NCBI GenBank assembly: GCA_038243585.1
Contig: JBBSQY010000010.1
Location: 1 to 64,000, forward strand
DNA length: 64,000 nucleotides
DNA from: Candidatus Sumerlaeales bacterium
GTDB lineage: Bacteria > Sumerlaeota > Sumerlaeia > Sumerlaeales > Sumerlaeaceae
Reading direction: 5' to 3'
Shown: positions 10,165 to 20,317 of the stretch, in pieces
Numbering within the stretch: position 1 is the first letter of the stretch
How the letters are laid out: every line of letters begins with the position of its first letter
Translations under genes and position numbers: made by a program
Notes under the pieces: generated by a model
The model's database searches: none
What the model saw: only the letters and a program-made list of their open reading frames with translations
What the model was told of the DNA's origin: nothing

Positions 10165-12089
10165 TGTGTGGCATAGTTGGGGTTCTCTCTGCCGGCGCCG
10201 GCCACCGCGACCCATCTTTGATTACCCGCATGACCGACCAACTCATCCATCGCGGGCCTGACGACAGCGGCTTTTTTTCATCAGGTCCTGCCGCCCTGGG
10301 TTTTCGTCGCCTTTCGATTATCGATCTGCCCGCAGGACACCAGCCAATGGTTTCTCAGGACGGGCGCTTCGCCATGGTTTTTAACGGCGAGATATATAAC
10401 TTTCAGGAAATTAGGAGTGAGCTCCAACAGGATCATCAGCGCCATTTTCTCACTCGATCCGATACGGAAGTTGCTCTACAGGCATTTGAATTATGGGGTG
10501 CCGAAAGCTTTGCGCGATTTAATGGTATGTTCGCCATTGCCATCTGGGACAACCACCGCCACCGCCTGACCCTCGCCCGCGATCGCGCCGGGAAAAAGCC
10601 GCTTTACACCTATTCCACCGCTTCTGCCTTTCTCTTCGCCTCTGAGATAAAGGCGTTGTGCGCTCATCCCCTCTTCATGGCGCAGCCTGATCTGTCGCGC
10701 ATTGCAAGCAGCATGGCTTACAGATATGTACCCGGCCACGAAACGCTTTTTAAAAACGTCAACGCACTGCCCGCTGGACACTGGGTTTCACTGGACGTCG
10801 ATTCTGGATACCAAATAGATCCGCAGCCGTTTTGGACGAATCCGGCGTGCACCACGAACGGTTCCCGCCCCAGACAAATTTCTCCCGCCACAGCCGCAGC
10901 AAACCTTCGCGAAAAACTGACGGCCTCCATTCGCAGGCGAATGGTTGCCGATGTTCCCGTGGGCGCATTCCTATCAGGAGGTCTCGATTCTTCCCTGATA
11001 GTCGCGTTAATGGCCGGCGAAGGCGCACAGCAGATCAACACGTTTTCCATCGGTTTCGACACCGGATTTTCCGAACACACCTATGCTCGATCCGTAGCTG
11101 ATCACTTCAAAACCACTCACCATGAAACCATAGTCAACGCCGCCGATCTGCTTAAAGAAATTCCGCAGGTTCTCTGGCATCGGGAAAGTCCCATCAGCGA
11201 GGCGTCGGACATACCCCTTTATATGCTTTCCCGCGAAGCCCGCCGCCATGTCACCGTTGTGCTGAGCGGCGAAGGCAGCGATGAACTTTTTGGCGGTTAC
11301 CCCAAATATCTGGCGGAACATTACCTGTCGCGTGTTCCGGCCTGGCTCCTGCGCTGCCTGATTCCCGTAGTATCAAAACTTATGAAAACGGGCCATGGAG
11401 CAAGCTCTCCGGCCACTCTTGCAATCGCCAGTATGAATGAAAAAGATCCGTTCGATTCCATGGCACGATGGTTTGGAGCTTTCGGTCCACAGGAACAGCG
11501 AAAGCTTTTCCAGCCGCCTCTGGCTTCGCATTTACCAGGCATCCATACGTTCGCCCGACACCTCCATGGTCAATGCCCGGGCACGTCCCGGCTCACAATG
11601 ATGCAGTTGCAGGATTTCGCCCATTGGCTGCCCGCCAACTTACTCTTGCGTGGCGATCGAGTAACCATGGCCCATTCCCTCGAACTTCGCTGTCCATTTC
11701 TCGACCCAGACCTAATCGATTTTGCTTTCGTCAACTTGCCCGACCACATGAAGATCCGTAATGGCCAGGGCAAGTGGCTTGTGCGGAAGATGGCCCGCGA
11801 CCTTCTGCCCCGCGAGATAATCGCCCGAAGAAAATGGGGCTTTAAAGTTCCCACTGCGGAATGGTTCCGAGGTCCTCTCCAACCCGTTTTAAAGGAAATT
11901 CTGCTCTCCCCGCGGGCCACAGGCCGAGGCTACTTTCACACCCACGAAGTCCAGCGACTGATGACCGAACACATCCGCCATGGCGCCAACCATTCCAAAC
12001 AGCTCTGGTACCTGCTTCAGATGGAACTGTGGCACCTGATGTTTATTGACGGGCAACTTAACCCATCGGACAGCTTGTTGACTATCTGA
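10164..12089 (+). CDS. asnB: asparagine synthase (glutamine-hydrolyzing)-like amidotransferase
   Basis: N-terminal MCGI (Ntn Cys), HRGPD, RRLSIID, FLSGGLDSS and SGEGSDELFGGY; start overlaps the previous stop. Confidence 0.92.
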   Translation: MCGIVGVLSAGAGHRDPSLITRMTDQLIHRGPDDSGFFSSGPAALGFRRLSIIDLPAGHQPMVSQDGRFAMVFNGEIYNFQEIRSELQQDHQRHFLTRSDTEVALQAFELWGAESFARFNGMFAIAIWDNHRHRLTLARDRAGKKPLYTYSTASAFLFASEIKALCAHPLFMAQPDLSRIASSMAYRYVPGHETLFKNVNALPAGHWVSLDVDSGYQIDPQPFWTNPACTTNGSRPRQISPATAAANLREKLTASIRRRMVADVPVGAFLSGGLDSSLIVALMAGEGAQQINTFSIGFDTGFSEHTYARSVADHFKTTHHETIVNAADLLKEIPQVLWHRESPISEASDIPLYMLSREARRHVTVVLSGEGSDELFGGYPKYLAEHYLSRVPAWLLRCLIPVVSKLMKTGHGASSPATLAIASMNEKDPFDSMARWFGAFGPQEQRKLFQPPLASHLPGIHTFARHLHGQCPGTSRLTMMQLQDFAHWLPANLLLRGDRVTMAHSLELRCPFLDPDLIDFAFVNLPDHMKIRNGQGKWLVRKMARDLLPREIIARRKWGFKVPTAEWFRGPLQPVLKEILLSPRATGRGYFHTHEVQRLMTEHIRHGANHSKQLWYLLQMELWHLMFIDGQLNPSDSLLTI

Positions 12090-12198
12090 CCGTAAGATAA
12101 GCCGCCCACGCGACGTCAGATTATAGCGATTGATGCCATAAGCCGGAAGTTTAATTTTGTTGTCAAATTTAGCAGGTATACGGATCGGCACCGACGTG

Positions 12199-13665
12199 TC
12201 ACAATTTGGTGGTATCACCACTCCCGGCAGCAGCGAGCGCCGCGTTATAAATCTCCATTACCGGCACCCTGCGCTCTTTTGACAACAAACGACAATCTTC
12301 GTACTCTGGCGAACTCCGTAATACCTTATCTCCCCAAAGCCCCAGCTTCACCTTCACCGGACCAAAACCTGTCTCTACGCTTACTACCCGGCGCTTCAGG
12401 CTTAGGCGCTCGCAAGGCAAAAGTTTTATTCCGAACGTCGTTGTTTCCCGAAATATGATTTCCAGCAAATCATCAATTCGTTGCTGGTCAGCAAGCACCT
12501 GCAGACTGACGGCTGGACGATTTTTTTTCATCTGAACCGGGACAAAGTGGCAATCCAGCGCGCCGGCCGTGATCAGCGACTCCATGGCGGCACCCAAAAG
12601 TTCCGCGGGCATATCATCAATTTCGGCGGTAATAAGTGTTAGATTCTCTCTTAAGACCGGCAGGTTCGCTCCCGCGACACCAGCGTCGGCGGACCGAGTC
12701 TTTCCCAGCAGGATTCTCAGATAATTGGTATGGTCCGGATACTCGCGAGTCCCAGCTCCGTAGGCCACTTTGTCGATCATAAAATTTTCCAGGGGACCAA
12801 AACCCTCCGCAATAGAAGTGAGAATTGCGGCACCAGTAGGCGTTGTTAACTCGCCGGTCACCGGACCGGTACATATCGGAACGCCTGCCAGCAGTCGGGC
12901 CGTTGCAGGTGCGGGAATAGGCATTTCTCCATGAGCTACGCGAATCGTTCCGCTGCCAACCGCAATGGTAGACGCAAGCACCCTAGTGATCCCCAGGCGT
13001 TCGAGGCACCACATGGCGCCAACGATGTCCACTATTGCGTCCACTGCTCCCACTTCATGAAAATGTACGGCCTCAATGGTCGTCTCATGTACGGCAGCTT
13101 CTTCCACGGCAATTCGTTTAAATGCCGCAACAGCCTGCTGCTTGACCGTCTCTGAAAAGTTGCTTTCTTCAATAATTTTTTTGATGTCGGAATAGCCGCG
13201 ATGCGAATGGCTGTGCTCTGCTTGGGCCGGATGATCATGATCATGGACGTCATGCACATGATCATGATGATGACGGTCATCATGACTGTGGCCATGCTTT
13301 AATTCGACAACTGCGGCGGGCTCGTGTATATGCAGGGTTTCCTGATTGTGATCGTGAGAATGTCCATGGTCGTGGGAGTGACTGTGCGAATGCTCATGGT
13401 GGTGATCATGAGAATGTCCATGGTCGTGCGAATGGTCATGATTGTGCGAATGGCTATGGCCAATCAACTTAACCTGCACCTGCGTGCCGCCAATTCCGCA
13501 TCGTTGCACATGGGTGCAGCTAATCTCATAGCCGTCAATCGGCAAGCCTGTTAGCGCCGATTTTAATTCCTCAAAAGGAACTCCAGCATCGACCATTGCT
13601 CCAAGTATCATATCACCGCTAATGCCGCTGAAACAGTCAAAATACGCTACCGTCATTCTTTTCAC
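12199..13665 (-). CDS. larC: nickel pincer cofactor biosynthesis protein LarC (Ni insertase) with His-rich insert
   Basis: YFDCFSGISGDMILGA, HFHEVGAVDAIVDI, PAPAT, ELTTPTGAA, MKKNRP, ETTTFG and PEYEDC motifs. Confidence 0.93.
   Translation of the reverse strand: MKRMTVAYFDCFSGISGDMILGAMVDAGVPFEELKSALTGLPIDGYEISCTHVQRCGIGGTQVQVKLIGHSHSHNHDHSHDHGHSHDHHHEHSHSHSHDHGHSHDHNQETLHIHEPAAVVELKHGHSHDDRHHHDHVHDVHDHDHPAQAEHSHSHRGYSDIKKIIEESNFSETVKQQAVAAFKRIAVEEAAVHETTIEAVHFHEVGAVDAIVDIVGAMWCLERLGITRVLASTIAVGSGTIRVAHGEMPIPAPATARLLAGVPICTGPVTGELTTPTGAAILTSIAEGFGPLENFMIDKVAYGAGTREYPDHTNYLRILLGKTRSADAGVAGANLPVLRENLTLITAEIDDMPAELLGAAMESLITAGALDCHFVPVQMKKNRPAVSLQVLADQQRIDDLLEIIFRETTTFGIKLLPCERLSLKRRVVSVETGFGPVKVKLGLWGDKVLRSSPEYEDCRLLSKERRVPVMEIYNAALAAAGSGDTTKL
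13355..13428. repeat. 54-bp-period internal duplication within the larC His tract
   Basis: TGAGAATGTCCATGGTCGTG exact at 13355-13374 and 13409-13428. Confidence 0.8.
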
Positions 13666-13755
13666 GTCCTATTGTTTCTGGTGACTAAAACCTAAAATTT
13701 TAACTCAACCGGCCTACATTGTCCAGTGCATCGCTTCTGTTCATCAACGCTTTAT

Positions 13756-14526
13756 TTACTCGCGCGTCTGCCCCACCTTATTTATCATATGAGCCAGTAA
13801 CGCGCCGCCAAATCCGTTATCAATATTTACGACACCAATACCACCGCTGCACGCATTCAACATCCCCAGCAGCGCCGCCATACCCTTCATGCTGGCACCA
13901 TATCCAACGCTCGTCGGCACCGCTACCACTGGAGCTCTCACCATCCCTCCAACCACACTGGTTAGCGCAGCCTCCATCCCGGCGATGGTAATTACCACCG
14001 AGGCGCGGCCCAATACATCAGCGACCGAAAGAAGCCGGTGCAAGCCCGCCACGCCTACATCGTACAGCCGATCCACCGAGTCACCCCATATCTCCAGGCA
14101 TCGGGCGGCCTCCTCAGCCACAGGGATGTCAGTAGTGCCGGCGGTTACGACGGCAACCCTGCCAAATCCCGGGCTCGGCGCTTCGTTTACCTTGTATAGC
14201 AAACGTGCTACTGGATCGTAGGAAAAGCCCGGTAAGCCACCCAATATACCGTCAGCCACTTGCTGCACAACCCGGGTACAAATGACGTTTTGCCTACAGC
14301 CGTCAAGGCGCAGCGCAATCTCAACAATCTGCTCAGGAGTTTTACCTTGGCAAAACACTGCCTCGCTCACTCCCCTGCGGCGCCTTCGATCTGTATCCAG
14401 CTTTGTGTGGCCAAGATCAATATATCCGAAGGGCTTTTCACCTGCCACCAGTTCCACGGCATCGACAGGAGACAACTCCCCAGCTGCGACCGATTGCAGC
14501 AGCATCTTTAAACTTTCTTTATCCAT
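13756..14526 (-). CDS. larB: nickel pincer cofactor biosynthesis protein LarB
   Basis: D.DRRRRRG.SEAVFCQGKT, AGTTDIPVAEEA, DVGVAGLHR, PTSVGYGA and VVNIDNGFG motifs; upstream of larC. Confidence 0.93.
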   Translation of the reverse strand: MDKESLKMLLQSVAAGELSPVDAVELVAGEKPFGYIDLGHTKLDTDRRRRRGVSEAVFCQGKTPEQIVEIALRLDGCRQNVICTRVVQQVADGILGGLPGFSYDPVARLLYKVNEAPSPGFGRVAVVTAGTTDIPVAEEAARCLEIWGDSVDRLYDVGVAGLHRLLSVADVLGRASVVITIAGMEAALTSVVGGMVRAPVVAVPTSVGYGASMKGMAALLGMLNACSGGIGVVNIDNGFGGALLAHMINKVGQTRE

Positions 14527-14696
14527 CAGGCACCGACTTCGCTTACTTGTTCCACCAATGTCAATTCCAGTCGCATTGATTTATTGACTCTGAGTTCGAG
14601 AATGGGTGATGCCAGATCGAACTGGAAACACTTGCAAAAATTTTAGAAAGCTCAGAAATCCATAACCAGTTGAGGTTATGTCGAAAGGGTATTAGT

Positions 14697-15674
14697 ATGC
14701 AGAGTGAAATGTCAGTATTGTACGTCCTAATGGCGGTAATTATATTTCTCGCGCTGATGGCGGCGATCGGAGCCTGGGCGCGCGGCGGTGGGCTTAAGCG
14801 GGAAGATGCCGAGAGCTTATTTAACGAATCCCGGGAACGGCACCGCGAAGAAATTGCTCAGCTTCAGAAGGTGGTCGATGAGGCGCGGGTTGCGGCTGAA
14901 CAGGCTCAGATCAATGCGCAACAGGCGCAGACTCGGGCTGCCGAGGTCCAAGAAAATTCTGCAAATGCTCTTGCCTCAAAGCTTCAGGACATTGACGCTC
15001 ATGTAAACCAAACCCGCAGCGACCTGGAATCAGCGGTTTCGAGAACAGCGGAAGAGAACCATAAGGCTTTTTCAGGCCAACTCAACTTGGTAACCCAAAA
15101 AATGGGTGAATCTGAGTTGCGCATGAACGAAAATGTAAACACGCTAAACGAGGCTATGCACGGACTCCATGAACAGGTTGGTCATGCAGGCGAGCAAATG
15201 AAAAATGCCCTGATGGAAATTGCCCGCCAGCAGCAGGATCAAAAGGCACAAGGCACAATACAGATGTGCGAAGCACTTATCACCAGCCTTGGAACTCTGA
15301 AAACCAGCATCGCAAGTCAGCTGACGCTAAACGCCTATGATGAAACACCAAAGCAAATGGTGGACGCGGACCTGTTAGGCAACATCGGGCACCCGGATCA
15401 GATAGACGAGGCCGAACAGTCCAATATATCTGACGATGCTGACGACAGTGATGCAACTGAATCCACGACTGCCAGTGACGATGATACGGGAAATGACATC
15501 CAGCAGGAATCAGATTCAACACCTCAAGCTGACACATCCAGTTGGGGCGACGCTATGCACTTGCCTCCCAACGATGAAGCAACGAACAAGAATACGCTAA
15601 AAGACAACAGCAGTGACAATGGCGACGAGAACGTCGACAACGAATATGACCGCAATCCGCCTCCCATTTATTAA
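14697..15674 (+). CDS. membrane-anchored coiled-coil protein with acidic disordered tail
   Basis: N-terminal hydrophobic helix, long Q/E/A heptad region, D/N/S-rich C-terminus. Confidence 0.7.
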   Translation: MQSEMSVLYVLMAVIIFLALMAAIGAWARGGGLKREDAESLFNESRERHREEIAQLQKVVDEARVAAEQAQINAQQAQTRAAEVQENSANALASKLQDIDAHVNQTRSDLESAVSRTAEENHKAFSGQLNLVTQKMGESELRMNENVNTLNEAMHGLHEQVGHAGEQMKNALMEIARQQQDQKAQGTIQMCEALITSLGTLKTSIASQLTLNAYDETPKQMVDADLLGNIGHPDQIDEAEQSNISDDADDSDATESTTASDDDTGNDIQQESDSTPQADTSSWGDAMHLPPNDEATNKNTLKDNSSDNGDENVDNEYDRNPPPIY

Positions 15675-15679
15675 AAACT

Positions 15680-15716
15680 AAAAAAAAGGACCGGATTCAG
15701 AAACTGAATCCGGTCC
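15680..15716 (-). terminator. rho-independent terminator after sdhB
   Basis: A8 then GGACCGGATTCAG-AAA-CTGAATCCGGTCC, a perfect 13-bp stem. Confidence 0.85.
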
Positions 15717-15728
15717 AGACATTTAGTT

Positions 15729-16526
15729 CTAGTCGTTACTTTTAAAGAATTTTTTAATGGCATAACCGGTCGCCTGCCGATTCACATCAAATATGCTCTC
15801 CGTAAGTGGGATGCCTTTCGGGCAGACGCGGATGCAATTACCGGCCTTACCGCAACCCTGCACGCCGCCTTCTTCAAGCATCTCTTCAAGCCGACTGCTG
15901 GCGTGCATCTTTCCTGTCGGATGTGCATTATATAAACGAACTTGCGATATTGCTGCAGGGCCTATGAAATCGCTATGATCATTTACTTGAGGGCACGCTT
16001 CAAGACAGCAACCACAGGTCATGCAGGTCTGGAGCGTATACATTTTCGCACGCTCCTCCTCAGCCATGCGGGGACCCTCACCCAAGTCGTATGTCCCGTC
16101 AATCGGAACCCACGCCTTAACCCGCTTGAGATCCTCAAACATCGAACTGCGGTCTACAACAAGATCGCGCACGATCGGAAATTTCTTAAATGGTTCAAGC
16201 ACGATCGGATCCGGCAGTTTATCGACCAAGGCGCTACAGGCCTGTCGCGGTTGCCCATTGATGTTCATGGAACATGACCCGCATACTTCTTCCAGACAGG
16301 CGGCATCCCATGCAACCGGGGGAGATTTTTCTCCCTCAGTCGTGTAGGGATTTCCACGCAATTCCATCAGCACCGAAATAACGTTCATTTTCGGGCGGTA
16401 CGGGATGGAATATTCTTCCCAGAATGGCTCAGCGGTTGTGTCCAGCTGACGCAAAATGCGAATATTAATTGTTTTACGGCCTGAATCGGCCGTAGCGGAT
16501 GGATTAGGTAAGGCGGCAGTAGTCAT
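15729..16526 (-). CDS. sdhB: succinate dehydrogenase iron-sulfur subunit
   Basis: CLEEVCGSC..QAC 2Fe-2S motif, RDLVVDRS, CMTCGCCLEACP and CGKAGNCIRVCPK (Bacillus-type SdhB). Confidence 0.93.
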   Translation of the reverse strand: MTTAALPNPSATADSGRKTINIRILRQLDTTAEPFWEEYSIPYRPKMNVISVLMELRGNPYTTEGEKSPPVAWDAACLEEVCGSCSMNINGQPRQACSALVDKLPDPIVLEPFKKFPIVRDLVVDRSSMFEDLKRVKAWVPIDGTYDLGEGPRMAEEERAKMYTLQTCMTCGCCLEACPQVNDHSDFIGPAAISQVRLYNAHPTGKMHASSRLEEMLEEGGVQGCGKAGNCIRVCPKGIPLTESIFDVNRQATGYAIKKFFKSND

Positions 16527-16616
16527 ATCAATTTCAATCTATAACTTGATATTGCGTTCATTCGTCAATGAGCTTCATGGAACCATAGCTACTCAAGAAA
16601 TTATTATAAAAATCTC

Positions 16617-17876
16617 GTGAAAATCTTTTCAAAAATACTATGCGCCGTTTTCGGCGCACCGTTTGTCCTGATAATGTTATGCATGTCGGCAATCCGGCGC
16701 CTGATCCGCGGCCCTTATTTCCAACATCCGGAAATCCTGTTCGAGTATTCGCAAGTAACCTGGGACGAAGTATGGCAACGTCCTCAACAGTACGCATGGC
16801 TTGTCTCGGAGCAGCTCCCGGCTGTTTACTGTTGTCCGGTACAGCTTCACAACCTCTTGTTTCTTCGCGGGAAATGGAAGCCTGTCCGCCTTATTGAAGA
16901 TGGCGAGCGCATGCTTCTCGTTCTCTCCCCTCTCATTTTTAGCGGGCATTTTAAATTTCGACTCATTCATGATTTTAATTGTTGGATCACAACCTGTCAT
17001 CTGAAGTTAGCGGTTAAATCTGGAGGGCAAATCAGGACAATCGCAAATACCCCCTTCGCTCTGCCGGTGATAAAGGGCTGGTTTTTCCCCTCCGGCTCAC
17101 GATCAGAGTCTTTAAAACGTCTAGTATACGATGTTATAGACGATTTTACGGTTTTTGACTGGTCCCCCGCCTTTGGCAAAGCATTTGACGAGGAACTAAC
17201 TGCCTTGTCAGATTCGGTAATTGCCGGAACAGACGTGTTGGCCCAGCGCCGCAACGCGACCTTTATCCCGTGCGGAGTCGACTTCCAGTTGTTTTCGACT
17301 CCGCAGATTGCTCCTCTGGATCTCCAGCGGTTGCCCGAGCCTATCATTGGATATTTCGGCACAATCAGCGAACGTATTGATCTTGAGATAATCGCACAAC
17401 TTGCTGATCATTTCCATCAAGGCAGCATTGTACTTATAGGTCCGGTTCACCTGCCGTCTCACTCGCTGCCCCAGGGCTCCAACATTCATTATATGGGACT
17501 GCGACGTCATGCAGAACTACCAGCTTGCGCCCAGGCTTTTGACGTTGGGCTTATTCCCTTCAGAATAACGACTGCGACAGTTAAGCTCAACCCGGTTAAA
17601 ACTCTCGAATATCTTGCCGCCGGATTGCCGGTCGTGGCGACCCGCCTTCCCGACCTCGAAAAGTTTTATTCCAGTATCGTTTATATCGCAGACTCCCCTG
17701 CAGCGTTTGTTCGAGAAGTCGAACGTGTGTTGGCAAACCCTGATCCTCAAAGAACCGCGACAGGTGTTGACGTTGCCCGCGCCGCCTCGTGGGAAAGCAT
17801 GGTGGAACAAATTAACAATGCGATGCAAATCCGCCCTCCGCGACAGCCAGCCGCGCCTGAGCCGTGCCTTCCATGA
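16617..17876 (+). CDS. glycosyltransferase (GT-B, TuaH-like)
   Basis: WQRPQQ, YDVIDD, IGYFG, DVGLIPF and NPVKTLEYLAAGLPVV motifs. Confidence 0.85.
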   Translation: MKIFSKILCAVFGAPFVLIMLCMSAIRRLIRGPYFQHPEILFEYSQVTWDEVWQRPQQYAWLVSEQLPAVYCCPVQLHNLLFLRGKWKPVRLIEDGERMLLVLSPLIFSGHFKFRLIHDFNCWITTCHLKLAVKSGGQIRTIANTPFALPVIKGWFFPSGSRSESLKRLVYDVIDDFTVFDWSPAFGKAFDEELTALSDSVIAGTDVLAQRRNATFIPCGVDFQLFSTPQIAPLDLQRLPEPIIGYFGTISERIDLEIIAQLADHFHQGSIVLIGPVHLPSHSLPQGSNIHYMGLRRHAELPACAQAFDVGLIPFRITTATVKLNPVKTLEYLAAGLPVVATRLPDLEKFYSSIVYIADSPAAFVREVERVLANPDPQRTATGVDVARAASWESMVEQINNAMQIRPPRQPAAPEPCLP

Positions 17877-19015
17877 AAATTTTCATTGATGCCCGCTACC
17901 TGCGTTCCGCTTTTAGCGGAATTGCCACCTACTCTGAACTGCTGTTGACCGCCATGGGCCGCCTCGACCAGCACAATAGCTACACGATTCTCACCCACTC
18001 TTCTTACCGAGGCGATCTTGACCTGCCTTCAAATTTCACCGTCATTGAGGATGATGCGCGCCCTGTTTCGCTGCGCACGCTGTTCACTCTCCAGAATTTA
18101 GTCCAGCTTTACGAACCAGACATATTTCATTCTTTGATGCCTTTGTGGCCTCTGGCGCTACGAAAAAACTATCACACTGTTGCCACTATTTTTGACCTTC
18201 AGCCCATTCTGGACCCGTATTTCACCTCCGGGCGCGGAGCGATAAAACGCCGCGCCTACGACATCTTTTATTATTTTGCCTATCGCCAATGTTTCACCTT
18301 GGCGGATTATCTCATCGCCATTTCCTACGCCACCAAACGCGACGTGGCGAGGTGCTTCCCTGCTGCGGCGGAAAACCTGTTAGTCGTTCATCCGGGGTAC
18401 GACGCCGAAGTTACGGAACCCCCGACAGATGAACAGCTTGCTTTGATAACGGAAAAATTTGATCTTCCGCAGCGTTACATCTTGTACCTGGGCAGTACCA
18501 GGCCAAACAAGAACCTGACGCGAATGCTCGACGCTTACGAAGAATTTCTGCGTCGTCACCCAGACGACAAAGACCTGCGGTGGGTGATGGTGTTGAAGCC
18601 TGACAGATTCTTCGACCCGTTTTTTGCCGCTGTTCGTAAAAAAGGCCTACTTCGACAGGTTCAGATTCTTGAACAGGTAACAGAACTTGAAAAGCGGATA
18701 CTTTACCACAACGCAAAGTTGCTTTACTTCCCTACAATGTTCGAAGGTTTTGGCCTGCCCGTGCTGGAGGCTCAGGGCAACGGTCTGCCCGTCCTCGTCT
18801 CAACGCACTCTGCCCTTCCGGAGGTTGCAGGCAAAGCTGCCGTTTTCGTGGATGCGGAAGACGTCACATCTATTGCGGACGGTCTGGAAACAGCTCTGTA
18901 CGACACGGCGGTACGAGCGGAGATAATCAATCTCGGCTACGAAAACATTAAACGATTTTCCTGGGATGCTGCCGCGCAAGAAACAATAAACATGTATGAG
19001 CACCTGCTAAAGTGA
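17873..19015 (+). CDS. glycosyltransferase family 4 (MtfB-like)
   Basis: IDARYL..SGIATY, RPNKNL and FEGFGLPVLEA motifs; ATGA overlap. Confidence 0.88.
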   Translation: MKIFIDARYLRSAFSGIATYSELLLTAMGRLDQHNSYTILTHSSYRGDLDLPSNFTVIEDDARPVSLRTLFTLQNLVQLYEPDIFHSLMPLWPLALRKNYHTVATIFDLQPILDPYFTSGRGAIKRRAYDIFYYFAYRQCFTLADYLIAISYATKRDVARCFPAAAENLLVVHPGYDAEVTEPPTDEQLALITEKFDLPQRYILYLGSTRPNKNLTRMLDAYEEFLRRHPDDKDLRWVMVLKPDRFFDPFFAAVRKKGLLRQVQILEQVTELEKRILYHNAKLLYFPTMFEGFGLPVLEAQGNGLPVLVSTHSALPEVAGKAAVFVDAEDVTSIADGLETALYDTAVRAEIINLGYENIKRFSWDAAAQETINMYEHLLK

Positions 19016-20316
19016 AGTTCCCTCTCAATGTTTACGACCTCGCATATTTGACCATTCTGCCTCCCGCCGCGGCCATGGTTGGCTACAAAATGGTACGCCA
19101 TGGGAAATATCGAGAAAGCGCACCCGCACTGATTGGTTTAGGTTTGGCAAATGAAGATCCGGCGCCGTGGCAGAACGGTAGTGTATGGGTTCATGCTGTC
19201 AGCGTGGGAGAAGTCATTGCCGCTCGAGCCATGCTGCCTCTACTGCGCGAAAGGTTTGCTCCGCTTCCAATCCTTCTGACCACCCATACAGAAACAGGCC
19301 AGGCAGCAGCGCGCGCGCTGCCAGACGGAATGGCCGATGCCGTTCGCTACTACCCCCTTGATTTGTCATGGATCATGCGAAAATACGTGAAGCTTTATAA
19401 ACCGAAGGTTTTCATTCCCATGGAGACGGAACTTTGGCCAAATGCCCTGGACATCATCGCGGAATCCGGAGCAAAAATTTTTACATTAAATGGGAAAATT
19501 TCAGAAAAATCGTTTCGCAGCTACAAAAAATTAAAGGGTATTATCCAGCGGCCTCTCTCACGGATCACCGCATTTTGTGTGCAGACTGACGCTGACCGCG
19601 ATCGCGTGGCGGACCTGCTGGGCTCTGACAAAAATGTCCACGTTACAGGGAACTGCAAATTTGACGTTGAAATTCCGATTCTTGACTATGACGCAAAGGC
19701 TGCATTGGCGGGTGAACTTAAACTGCCGTGGCCGACTCGTTTGATCGTCGCCGGAAGCACTCATCCCGGCGAAGAGAACATAATACTGGACGCTTTTGAC
19801 GCCGTGCGGAAGAATTTCCCCGAGGCGCATATCGCCTTGGTGCCCCGCCATCCAGAGCGGTTTCAGGAGGTTTGGACGCTGCTGAAAAATCGCGGCGTTT
19901 CTGCTCGGCGCGTCTCGGACAACGCGACTTCCGGCGGAGCCGACCCTCACATCCACCTGATTGACTGCATGGGGGTGCTTACCAAGCTATACGGACTGGC
20001 GGAAGTCGCCATTGTAGCGGGCAGCTTCGTTAATGGCATAGGAGGACATAACATTCTTGAACCAGCGGCTCACGGTGTGCCCGTCATCTACGGTCCCGAT
20101 ATGAAAGGCCAGCGCGATATGGCCCGCATCCTGTCACCCGACAATGGCGGGACGATTGCCACACCAGCCTCACTTGGCGCGGCAATAAATCATCTTCTTG
20201 GAAATCCGTCAATAGCCCTGGAAAATGGAACACGCGGTCGAAACGCATACGAAGCGAATCGGGGCTCCGCATCTAGAAATATGAAAATTATAAACAAGTA
20301 TTGCGAGGAAATTTAA
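19012..20316 (+). CDS. waaA: 3-deoxy-D-manno-octulosonic acid transferase
   Basis: WVHAVSVGE, ETELWPN, GNCKFD, AGSTHPGE, VPRHPER and GGHNILEPA motifs. Confidence 0.93.
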   Translation: MKFPLNVYDLAYLTILPPAAAMVGYKMVRHGKYRESAPALIGLGLANEDPAPWQNGSVWVHAVSVGEVIAARAMLPLLRERFAPLPILLTTHTETGQAAARALPDGMADAVRYYPLDLSWIMRKYVKLYKPKVFIPMETELWPNALDIIAESGAKIFTLNGKISEKSFRSYKKLKGIIQRPLSRITAFCVQTDADRDRVADLLGSDKNVHVTGNCKFDVEIPILDYDAKAALAGELKLPWPTRLIVAGSTHPGEENIILDAFDAVRKNFPEAHIALVPRHPERFQEVWTLLKNRGVSARRVSDNATSGGADPHIHLIDCMGVLTKLYGLAEVAIVAGSFVNGIGGHNILEPAAHGVPVIYGPDMKGQRDMARILSPDNGGTIATPASLGAAINHLLGNPSIALENGTRGRNAYEANRGSASRNMKIINKYCEEI

Positions 20317-20317
20317 C

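Noticed and set aside
13200..13460. Repetitive DNA as a possible CRISPR array or VNTR
   Set aside because: It encodes the His tract of LarC; there is no repeat-spacer structure and no cas gene
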